From Verrucomicrobiota bacterium (GTDB lineage Bacteria > Verrucomicrobiota > Verrucomicrobiia > Limisphaerales > UBA1412): a DNA stretch of 64,000 nt. Each line of letters opens with the position of its first letter. Position 1 is the stretch's first letter. Positions 1 to 8,012 of this stretch are shown here, piece by piece. The stretch covers positions 28,185 to 92,184 of the forward strand of contig JALNXY010000008.1 of the NCBI GenBank assembly GCA_023230105.1, given 5' to 3'. A program made the translations under genes and the position numbers. The notes beneath the pieces are model-generated. The model was not told where the DNA came from. It searched no databases and was given only the letters and a program-made list of their open reading frames with translations.

Positions 1-312
1 AGAGTAGGAGCAGTAAACGATCCGGCGATCCATGCGGCCATTATCTTCGTAGTTTAGTTCCAGGGTGCTATCGACTAAATAATCACCGGGGAGAAGATGA
101 ATAACCGCGCCTTCTTCAGGCGGAAGCATCGTTTCCCTTTGTATTTCTCTCAAAAGGTCCCGAGCTGCCGAAAAAGTAGCTAACGGTTTTTCCTGTGTAC
201 CGGGATTTTGGTTGTTGCCGCCTTGCTCAACGGGAGCTACAAAGAGTTCCAGAGGGGCTCCGTAACCGATCACTGCTTGCGCAAGCAGCATGACAAATAA
301 TACCTTCTTCAT
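1..312 (-). CDS. Secreted right-handed parallel beta-helix protein (GH141-like N-terminus), partial: runs off the window start; not in the ORF track
   Basis: Manual translation from ATG at 312 (in-frame ATGs also at 327 and 339) is open to base 1: MKKVLFVMLLAQAVIGYGAPLELFVAPVEQGGNNQNPGTQEKPLATFSAARDLLR...IHLLPGDYLVDSTLELNYEDNG. It has a signal peptide and the 'G-x-D/N-x-NPGT-x-x-KP-x-AT...PGDY' start typical of beta-helix carbohydrate enzymes. Confidence 0.7.
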   Translation of the reverse strand, partial: MKKVLFVMLLAQAVIGYGAPLELFVAPVEQGGNNQNPGTQEKPLATFSAARDLLREIQRETMLPPEEGAVIHLLPGDYLVDSTLELNYEDNGRMDRRIVYCSYS

Positions 313-419
313 AACGCTCAACAACATCCGTAATACCATTACAGAACAGGGTCCTTTAGGCGAGCAAAAACGCCAAAACTACTTGCAAAAAAATGCTCGC
401 CCCGAATGCCTGTCTACGG

Positions 420-1106
420 CTAAAGCCTCAAAACGAAAGCCATTGCTTTAATTGTTATGGAGATCAATAGTACTAATATTTTCCGCAAGGGGGTGAAATT
501 GAGGGCAATAATTAAAATCCAAATACCCCACTGGCTGAGCCAGAAATAGGTTTGATAACTCATGCGGGTGAAATTCTTAAGCAAATGAGATCCATCCAAA
601 GGAGGAATCGGTATCATGTTAAACCATGCCAGCAGGATATTGATATAAACCAGATTTAACAGGAATTGGGAAAATCCGTCAGCGAAACTTTGATCTTGAG
701 CAAATCCGGCTGAAATAATTTTAAAGAGTATGAGCGTTATAAAGGCCAGAATCAGATTGGAGAGCGGCCCTGCAACGGAAACCAAATTATCATCGCGAAT
801 TCCCCTGCGATAATTCCGGGGATCTACAGGTACGGGTTTAGCCCAACCAATCACGAAACTGCTCAAAGCAGCTCCTGTAGACCCCAGAGCGGGCAAAAAT
901 ATCATAAGCAAGGGCAAAATCACCGTACCCAGAGGGTCTATGTGGGCCAGAGGATTTATCGTAAGGCGCCCGAGTGCTTTTGCCGTGTTATCGCCACACC
1001 GAGATGCCACCCAGGCATGAGCAAACTCATGAAAACTGAGAGCTATTATAAAACAAAAATAAAAAATGAGACCGTTAGCTAGAACACTCGCATTCATCGC
1101 CCGCAC
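420..1106 (-). CDS. Site-2 protease family (M50) intramembrane zinc metalloprotease
   Basis: HEFAH zinc motif, NPLAHIDP, GPLSN and FNMIPIPPLDG (NxxPxxxxDG) motifs; several hydrophobic helices. Confidence 0.92.
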   Translation of the reverse strand: MRAMNASVLANGLIFYFCFIIALSFHEFAHAWVASRCGDNTAKALGRLTINPLAHIDPLGTVILPLLMIFLPALGSTGAALSSFVIGWAKPVPVDPRNYRRGIRDDNLVSVAGPLSNLILAFITLILFKIISAGFAQDQSFADGFSQFLLNLVYINILLAWFNMIPIPPLDGSHLLKNFTRMSYQTYFWLSQWGIWILIIALNFTPLRKILVLLISITIKAMAFVLRL

Positions 1107-1226
1107 ACTTTACCTGGGTGCTTTGACATACGCAAAACAATAACGGGAGGCCTGCTGCCTGAGCCTGAATAAACTGGATTAAAGGAGCAACTTACCTCCA
1201 GAATGCATAAATAATACAATTGTCTG

Positions 1227-1283
1227 CTTTCCCATGCTCTTCCTGCTGGACAAATACAAACGGAGTTTGAGAGAATGGGAAAG
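1227..1283. other. Imperfect 14-bp inverted repeat (hairpin) just upstream of the 1295 start codon
   Basis: CTTTCCCATGCTCT (1227-1240) pairs with AGAGAATGGGAAAG (1270-1283) with one mismatch; inner stem CAAAC-gga-GTTTG. Confidence 0.4.
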
Positions 1284-1294
1284 GGTTTTGAGAT

Positions 1295-2131
1295 ATGAGT
1301 ACTAAACTGAGTGACCTTTTAGGTGTCTCTCCGGAAGTGTTGGAGAAGGGTGGCGTTTTTAATGCGTTAGTAAACCGGGATTCCTTGGTTTATGTGGACC
1401 CTCATGCGCTTTTAACATCGAAAACGCCTGAAATCCAGCTGGCAAATCATCGTTTTCGCCGCTATGCGTCTGGGCTGATACGCTTGTTGCAAGTTTCGGG
1501 CAGAAGCGATGACGTCTTTTATTCTGAGGTATTGAATGAGCTTCATCTGGATGATATGGGTATTCATTTCTCTCATGCGATTAGCAGGGGGCTCTCCGGT
1601 ATGAAGGCAGATATGGTAGCAGCGCTAACTGCCACGGCTCGAAAGTTTATACGGGCCGGAATTACCGATACGGAACTATTCCCACTGGTGGCTGTTCTGG
1701 AAGGGATTGAAATGAAACGGGCTGGCGGTATGGTTGCCAAGGTGATCCTTCCCAATTTATTTGCATACACTGATCGTGTCGTTCAGGAGCACGGGATAGC
1801 GAACGGCCGCTATCGCTATATGAACAAAACCTATTGCGTGCCATTTCACCCTTTGGATTCGAAGCCGATTATTTTTGTGCCCGCTGAGCTGCTCAGTCTT
1901 AAACCGGTCGCTTACAACTGGAGTGAAAATGATATTATTTCTGAGGATAATGATGTGGTAAAGATGATGGTTGCTTCTCAATTGGGAGATAATTGGAAAA
2001 CGGCTTTTGAAACTTGTTTCCCATCAGTGGTTAAGAAAGTGATGCTCCTTCACCCCTCCCTCATGGTAGACTTGGTTCGCCACTACAAGTCTAAGCCCAG
2101 TAACTCTGTTTCCGCCTCATTAGTTGTTTAA
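1295..2131 (+). CDS. Hypothetical protein (278 aa), resembling the N-terminal part of an uncharacterised 'D-x-x-x-[FY]-[IV]-DP' family
   Basis: Clean 278-aa ORF with GVFNALVNRDSLVYVDPHAL and KPIIFVPAELL segments. Family resemblance is from memory, not from a search. Confidence 0.7.
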   Translation: MSTKLSDLLGVSPEVLEKGGVFNALVNRDSLVYVDPHALLTSKTPEIQLANHRFRRYASGLIRLLQVSGRSDDVFYSEVLNELHLDDMGIHFSHAISRGLSGMKADMVAALTATARKFIRAGITDTELFPLVAVLEGIEMKRAGGMVAKVILPNLFAYTDRVVQEHGIANGRYRYMNKTYCVPFHPLDSKPIIFVPAELLSLKPVAYNWSENDIISEDNDVVKMMVASQLGDNWKTAFETCFPSVVKKVMLLHPSLMVDLVRHYKSKPSNSVSASLVV

Positions 2132-2239
2132 CGAGCATATAATAATAGAAGGGAAACGTATGCCGAGGCGACATGAGGAGTGTTGCCTTTTGGCTTTTTA
2201 ATGGTTTCAAAATTCTTCGATAGATAATTAGAAAAAAGT

Positions 2240-3721
2240 ATGGATGATACAAACTCACTTATTGAACAAAGAAAAGCAAAACTGAATGCGCTGCTGCAAA
2301 AGGGAATCAATCCCTTTATGAACAAGAGCAGACCTGACTGTGATATAGATACAGCTCGCGAGCAATTCGAAGAGGGCAAGGAAATTTGCTTGGCTGGACG
2401 AATTACGGCATACAGGGATATGGGTAAAAGTCTTTTCTTTGATATTCGGGATCAAAGTGGAAGAATTCAGGTTTATGCCCAAAAGCAAATTTTAGGAGAA
2501 GAACAGTTTGCCCTTTTTAAACATTTGGATATTGGCGATTTCCTGGGCGTCCAAGGTAAATACTTTAAAACACGTACAGGGGAAATTTCAATAAAGCTTG
2601 AGTCTTTTACCGTTCTCTCAAAATCTCTTCGCCCCATGCCTGAGAAGCGCAAAGGGGTTGTTGATACGGAAATACGTTATCGTCAGCGCTATCTGGACTT
2701 GATGTCCAACGAGGAGGTACGGGGTGTATTCATTAAAAGGAGTATCATCCTTCATGAAATAAGGCAGTTCCTGAATTCCCGTGGGTTTATGGAAGTTGAA
2801 ACTCCCATGATGCAACCGATCCCCGGAGGCGCTGCCGCAACTCCCTTTATCACCCACCACAATAGCTTGGGCTGCGATTTTTACTTACGCATTGCGCTGG
2901 AGCTTTACCTGAAAAGGCTTTTGGTAGGAGGTTTTAACCGCGTTTTTGAAATCGGACGGAATTTCAGAAATGAAGGTTTGGATCGCCGCCATAATCCTGA
3001 GTTTACCATGATGGAGGTATATGAGGCCTTTGGCGACTATGCAAGCATGATGGAGCTTTTAAAAGACATGGTCACCCATGTGGCCCAAAAGGTTTTAGGC
3101 TCCCTGGTAATAGAAACCAGAGACGAAACGGGGCAGGTCAACAAACGGATTGATTTGACCCAGTGGAAGCAGGCGAAATACAAAGACATGGTCCGCGAAA
3201 AAGCAGGCGAGGACTGGTTTGAGATTACCCCGGACGAGCGGAGACAGAGGGCGTTATCAATGGGTCTTGAGATCGGAGACGACTACGAAGACTTTGAAGT
3301 AACCTCAGCAATTTTTGAGAAAATGATTGAGCCGACTTTAATCCAACCTACTTTTGTGACCCATTTGCCCAAAGAGCTGGTGCCACTTGCAAAACTTTCT
3401 CCCGAGGATCCTTCTGTCGTGGAAGTATTCGAGTGTTGCATGAATGGTCAGGAAATAGCACCTGCATATTCAGAGCAGAACGACCCGATTGAACAAAGGC
3501 AGCGGCTTGAACATCAGGCCGGTGGAGAGCAACAAAAACTGGACGAGGATTTCTTATTGGCCTTGGAGCACGGAATGCCTCCTGCCGGAGGTATGGGCGT
3601 GGGGATTGACCGGCTGGTGATGATGCTTTTGGGGCAGGATAGCATTCGGGATGTACTCCTCTTCCCTCAGCTCAAGCCTAAGCTTCCCTCTATAGAGGGA
3701 AGTGCTGAGCCCAAAGAGTAA
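2240..3721 (+). CDS. lysS: Lysine--tRNA ligase (class II)
   Basis: OB-fold anticodon domain (AGRI...MGK...F.DI.DQSGRIQ), RYRQRYLDL, EVETPMM, FRNEG..RHNPEFTMME, GMPPAGGMGVGIDRL. Confidence 0.98.
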   Translation: MDDTNSLIEQRKAKLNALLQKGINPFMNKSRPDCDIDTAREQFEEGKEICLAGRITAYRDMGKSLFFDIRDQSGRIQVYAQKQILGEEQFALFKHLDIGDFLGVQGKYFKTRTGEISIKLESFTVLSKSLRPMPEKRKGVVDTEIRYRQRYLDLMSNEEVRGVFIKRSIILHEIRQFLNSRGFMEVETPMMQPIPGGAAATPFITHHNSLGCDFYLRIALELYLKRLLVGGFNRVFEIGRNFRNEGLDRRHNPEFTMMEVYEAFGDYASMMELLKDMVTHVAQKVLGSLVIETRDETGQVNKRIDLTQWKQAKYKDMVREKAGEDWFEITPDERRQRALSMGLEIGDDYEDFEVTSAIFEKMIEPTLIQPTFVTHLPKELVPLAKLSPEDPSVVEVFECCMNGQEIAPAYSEQNDPIEQRQRLEHQAGGEQQKLDEDFLLALEHGMPPAGGMGVGIDRLVMMLLGQDSIRDVLLFPQLKPKLPSIEGSAEPKE

Positions 3722-3724
3722 AAA

Positions 3725-4156
3725 ATGCTCCCCAAACCGAGTTGGCTTATTCCGTTAGAACATGCGGCAGATGCAGGTATACAAGTATCTGCCGCTACTT
3801 TGGAGCAGTTATTCGAGAGATGTGCCTGGGGGATGTTTTATGAGCTGACAGATTTGGGTTCAGTCCTTCCAAAAGAAACTAGAGAATTTGAGATTTGTGC
3901 CAATGGCTATGAGTCGTTGTTGGTAGAGTGGTTGTCTGAGCTCAATTATATCCACACGGTTGAGCATTACCTATTTTGCAGTTTTGAAGTTAACGCAATA
4001 AATGAAAATTATTTGAGGGCTACTGTATCTGGAGAAAAATATAACCCTTCACGCCACTTGATTCAGAACGAAATTAAGGCGGTGACGTATCATCTCCTTA
4101 AGGTTAAAGCGTGTTTAACCGGCGGGTGGCGCGCAGAGGTTCTTTTTGATATTTGA
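3725..4156 (+). CDS. Archease (RtcB activator family)
   Basis: LEHAADAGI N-terminal motif, EIKAVTYH and C-terminal VLFDI are all archease hallmarks; starts 3 nt after the lysS stop. Confidence 0.9.
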   Translation: MLPKPSWLIPLEHAADAGIQVSAATLEQLFERCAWGMFYELTDLGSVLPKETREFEICANGYESLLVEWLSELNYIHTVEHYLFCSFEVNAINENYLRATVSGEKYNPSRHLIQNEIKAVTYHLLKVKACLTGGWRAEVLFDI

Positions 4157-4289
4157 ATATCTGTTGAGTAATACGTCTGGCATAGTTCGTTATCAAACGA
4201 TCTTGGCTAAAGAGGACACCGACTCGCAGATTTATCCAGAGGGTCGATTCAAGTAAGAAAAGGGCTTTCCAATCGAGAATAAATCGGCT

Positions 4290-5228
4290 ATGTTTAAGAC
4301 TGTGGGTGCGTCTCTGACGAGATGCTTTAAGCAGGCTATGTTTTTGGCGCTCAGAAAAAAGAAGGTTTCCTTAAGGATATTAGCAGGGTTGCTGAGAGGT
4401 ATTTCCTTGGTGTTGGTTTTGTCCTTTTCAGTGCAGTCTCTTGCGGAGGCATCATATAACTCCAGCACGGTTTTTTCTAAAAGGAATATCCCAAGTTCTT
4501 CTTCAAAGACTGTTATTGGTAGTGATTATTATTCATTTTTGGATAATAGGTTAACAGCCAGTTTAGGGTTGTCGCCGAAAACACCATTTTCATTTGGTAT
4601 ATGTAATACTCAGATTGATGATGGAGGGAAAATATTGCTTGAGAAAGCGGATTTCAAACAGACAATCGGCAATCAAACAACAGGTATTACTCGTTCTGTC
4701 AGAAAAAAACAAATATCTATCCCGCTAAACGAAATGTTTTACTCACCGCGAGAAAGTGAGCTTAGTTTTTTTACGCTGCCCGATCAACTTCTTGGAGGCG
4801 GATTGGTTGCCATTTACGATGCAAGCTATAACAGAAGATCTGAGCCAGGAGAGACGATCAAATATGCGGTTCCCACTTACAGCGCATCTTCTTCCAAATA
4901 CCCTACTGAAAGAGAAACTTACAAGCAAAGGGAGTCGGAACATGCGTCATCATATGATAGCTGGAGAAACCCAGAACCCGTTTATTTAAAAGCACCTCAC
5001 CCAACGGCGTATTTAGGGCCATCACGCGACTTAAAAAACTTACATGCAAAAGATGAAGGCCTTATTATTCGGTTTTTCAGATGGCTTTACTTCGATGTTC
5101 CCTGGATGGTCGTCCATATTTTTATCGAAAGGCCAATCTATATTATTGGTGGGATAGCTTTCCTTGTTTTTTCTTTCGGTGGTATCGGGCTATTTATTTT
5201 GTGCCAGCTGGGTCGAAAGATAAAATAG
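4290..5228 (+). CDS. Hypothetical exported/membrane-anchored protein (start may be ATG 4338)
   Basis: 312-aa ORF with a signal-like segment (RKKKVSLRILAGLLRGISLVLVLSFSVQSLAEA), a Ser/Thr/Tyr-rich middle, and a C-terminal hydrophobic helix followed by GRKIK. Confidence 0.65.
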   Translation: MFKTVGASLTRCFKQAMFLALRKKKVSLRILAGLLRGISLVLVLSFSVQSLAEASYNSSTVFSKRNIPSSSSKTVIGSDYYSFLDNRLTASLGLSPKTPFSFGICNTQIDDGGKILLEKADFKQTIGNQTTGITRSVRKKQISIPLNEMFYSPRESELSFFTLPDQLLGGGLVAIYDASYNRRSEPGETIKYAVPTYSASSSKYPTERETYKQRESEHASSYDSWRNPEPVYLKAPHPTAYLGPSRDLKNLHAKDEGLIIRFFRWLYFDVPWMVVHIFIERPIYIIGGIAFLVFSFGGIGLFILCQLGRKIK

Positions 5229-5240
5229 AGGTTTTGTTCT

Positions 5241-7283
5241 TCAGGGTGTTGAGCGAAGAGCCCACTGTTTGAGGCTATCCTGATACTCAGCTAAAGCAAT
5301 CAAAGGCCAGTTGATCCGGTAATAGTCGTAACGCATATAATATACTCTCGGAAAACCGGTTCCGGGGTATTGATCTCCGTTCCACGTTCCATCGGCATAT
5401 TGCGTGTCAGTGAGGAATTTGATCCCGGATTTTATACTAGCCCTTGTTGGGTCGCCAAAAGAGAGGATGCCCATAACCGCCCATGCCGTTTGGGTGCCAG
5501 TACTTGTTCCCAAACCCTTAAGAGAGGGGAAGTCATACGAGCCTGGCGTTTCACCCCAGCCCCCATCCGGATTTTGGCAGGATTCGAGCCAGTTGCGAGA
5601 GCGGATGATCCAATCCTGGTTCATGTCTATTTTTAATGCCCCCAGGCCCCGCAATGCCTGCCATGTTCCATAAATATAATTTACGCCCCAACGTCCATAC
5701 CAGGAACCGTCAGGCTCCTGCGTTTTTTTGATATAGTCGACTATGCTCTTTAACGTTTTTGAATCCATTGGGTAATCAGTTTTGCCGATGTATTCCAACA
5801 TTCTCCCAGTGATATCTGAGCAGGGCGGATCAAGAATGGCATTATGGTCGGAGAATGGAACTTTCTCCAGCCACGGTTTAGTCACGTCTTTATCAAAAGC
5901 TGCAAAACCTCCTTCTTTGCACTGAAAGCTCAAAGCCCAGCGAAATGCCCGGTCCATTACGGTTGCCTGCAGTTCTTCATCGGAAGCTTTCATAAGCCTC
6001 AATCCCAAGAGCACTTTGACGGTATCATCCACGTCTGGATAGAATACGTTATTGAACTCAAATGCCCAGCCGGAGCACTCGGGATAGGGGTTTTTTACAA
6101 ACCAATCGCCTCTCTGCCGAACTTCTTTGCTTAGGAGCCAGTCAGCTGCTTTTTTGAGACTGGGATGATCTGAAGGCAGTCCCGATTGGGCTAAGGCGAC
6201 AGAGCAAATTGCCGTATCCCATATCGGCCCAAAGCAGGGGCGAACACGAATCTCGCCAGTAACCGGATCATTTACGACCAAGTTATCCAAGTCTTTTTTG
6301 GCTTTAATATAAATCGGGTGGGAACGAGAATAGCCCAAGGATTCAATAGCCATGACAGCATTGGCCATGGAAGGGAAAATGGCACCCAAGCCATCGCTTC
6401 CCTCGCCAATTCGCTCAAGCATCCAATCTTCAGCCGCTTTAAGCGCTTTTTTCCGTAATGGCTTCCATGCAAGCGCATCATGAAATTTCAGGAAGCGATT
6501 AACTAGAAGGAAGAAGTTCCTCCACGAAAAGAGCTTTTTATCGCGTGGCAGGGAAAAATCTTCCTTTTCAGTTCCATAAGGATACAACTCATTAATCTGA
6601 TGCTCGGGCGGGAGATTTCGTGTGGGCTTAAAGTGGTTAAGAATGGACATGGATACCACCATGGCCCTGGTCCATGAGGAGAGCTCGTAGATATTAAAAA
6701 CAAACCAGTTAGGAAGGAGGATGAGCTCCGGTGGAATGGAGGGAAGATATTTCCAGGGGAATTGCCCCACAAGAGCCAGGTAGAATTTAGTATAGGTGTT
6801 AGTCTTGGGGATACCTCCCATTCTTAAAATTGTAGCCCTGGCACGAACCATTCTGGGGTCTCGTTCCGAGATTCCTGCTATTTTGAGAATATGGTATGCT
6901 TTAACAGAAAGATCTATATTGGAAGGAGATCCGGTATACTGTCCCCAGCCACCATCTGAATGCTGCTCTTTTAAAAGATGTTTTGCAGCCTTTTCCTCAA
7001 GCTCGGGATTGCTGATTCCCGACCAGTGGAGGAAAATAATATAATCGCAAATAGTAAGAGGGTCTACCAGGAGCTCCGAGTTCCAAAATCCTTCCTCAGA
7101 TTGCGCGGTAAGAAGATATTTTTGCGAGCGAAGAATGCATTCTTCTATTTTCTTAGTCAGCTCGCTAATGGCCTCTTTTTCCAAAACCAAGGTTTTTATC
7201 TGAGGCTTTGATTCAGATATTTTTTTTTCTTTTTCAGGAAATGGCCGTATCCCTTCTTCCATCATTCTATTTACTGGCTGCAC
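5241..7283 (-). CDS. shc: Squalene--hopene cyclase
   Basis: Catalytic DXDD (YPDVDDT), repeated QW motifs (EQHSDGGW, TQEPDGSWYGRWG, CQNPDGGWGE, TQYADGTW), GTGFP. Confidence 0.96.
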   Translation of the reverse strand: MQPVNRMMEEGIRPFPEKEKKISESKPQIKTLVLEKEAISELTKKIEECILRSQKYLLTAQSEEGFWNSELLVDPLTICDYIIFLHWSGISNPELEEKAAKHLLKEQHSDGGWGQYTGSPSNIDLSVKAYHILKIAGISERDPRMVRARATILRMGGIPKTNTYTKFYLALVGQFPWKYLPSIPPELILLPNWFVFNIYELSSWTRAMVVSMSILNHFKPTRNLPPEHQINELYPYGTEKEDFSLPRDKKLFSWRNFFLLVNRFLKFHDALAWKPLRKKALKAAEDWMLERIGEGSDGLGAIFPSMANAVMAIESLGYSRSHPIYIKAKKDLDNLVVNDPVTGEIRVRPCFGPIWDTAICSVALAQSGLPSDHPSLKKAADWLLSKEVRQRGDWFVKNPYPECSGWAFEFNNVFYPDVDDTVKVLLGLRLMKASDEELQATVMDRAFRWALSFQCKEGGFAAFDKDVTKPWLEKVPFSDHNAILDPPCSDITGRMLEYIGKTDYPMDSKTLKSIVDYIKKTQEPDGSWYGRWGVNYIYGTWQALRGLGALKIDMNQDWIIRSRNWLESCQNPDGGWGETPGSYDFPSLKGLGTSTGTQTAWAVMGILSFGDPTRASIKSGIKFLTDTQYADGTWNGDQYPGTGFPRVYYMRYDYYRINWPLIALAEYQDSLKQWALRSTP

Positions 7284-7736
7284 TTATTTTTGTTCCAACT
7301 TTCTCTCAGCAATTGCTTTGTAAAAGGACTCGACGAGCCACTGAGGAGGGCGTATGGCGTTGCCATTTACGTTTACAAAAGCATGCACGGTGTACCCTTT
7401 TACAACCACACGTTTTGTGACTGTATTGACTAAAAGTTCTTCTGCGCGGAATTTGGCTCTACCCTGGAAAAGGATACGTGTGGTTAACTCGAGCAAATCA
7501 TCATATTCTGCGCGATCAAGATACTCCACATGCGCCTCAATCACGGGGAGGAAGACACCCTCTATTTCCATAGTGGAATAGGGAATTCCCAAAGCGCGAA
7601 GCACTTCAGTTCTTCCGCATTCAAACCACTCCAAAGCACGGGAGTTATAAAAGGTCCCCATTTGATCGGTTTCACTGTATCGAACTCGGAGTTGGATTGT
7701 GTGATCGAAAAAAACAGACTGGTTCTCGTTGTCCAT
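7284..7736 (-). CDS. Acyl-CoA thioesterase, YbgC/FadM (hotdog) family
   Basis: RVRYSETDQMGTFYNS motif and FECGRTE; its stop directly abuts the shc ORF start. Confidence 0.88.
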   Translation of the reverse strand: MDNENQSVFFDHTIQLRVRYSETDQMGTFYNSRALEWFECGRTEVLRALGIPYSTMEIEGVFLPVIEAHVEYLDRAEYDDLLELTTRILFQGRAKFRAEELLVNTVTKRVVVKGYTVHAFVNVNGNAIRPPQWLVESFYKAIAERKLEQK

Positions 7737-7800
7737 ATATACTATCCACCAAAAGATTGTTTGATTTGATGACTCACTTTCTATTTTTCTTTTTTAAAAG

Positions 7801-7888
7801 TGGTACCGGTGGTCGGACTCGAACCGACACGTCTTTTAAAGGACCCGGGATTTTAAGTCCCGTGCGTCTGCCATTTCGCCACACCGGC
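7801..7888 (-). tRNA. tRNA-Leu(TAA)
   Basis: Reverse complement GCCGGTGTGGCGAAATGGCAGACGCACGGGAC-TTAAAA-TCCCGGGTCCTTTAAAAGACGTGTCGGTTCGAGTCCGACCACCGGTACCA: anticodon TAA, long variable arm, GTTCGA T-loop, encoded CCA. Confidence 0.97.
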
Positions 7889-7938
7889 ATCTCTTTTAAA
7901 CACTTCTGAAAGTAAAAGCCCTATGCGAGAGCTGTTTC

Positions 7939-7967
7939 AGACTAACAAATAGAACAACTTTTGGCAA
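7939..7967 (-). promoter_or_regulatory. Putative sigma70 promoter for tRNA-Leu
   Basis: TTGCCA-17 nt-TAGTCT on the minus strand about 50 nt upstream of the tRNA. Confidence 0.5.
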
Positions 7968-8012
7968 GATTCCTTTTTATCCCGCCAATATCAGATTGAA
8001 ACAAAAAATTAA

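Noticed and set aside
2132-2239. Stop-codon readthrough or frameshift continuing the 1295 ORF
   Set aside because: The sequence after TAA is short, AT-rich and leads straight into lysS; no coding-like continuation or slippery site was seen.
7737-8012. tRNA-Leu as an integration hotspot / genomic island border
   Set aside because: No integrase and no duplicated tRNA 3' end (att site) seen; the flanking genes are ordinary chromosomal genes.
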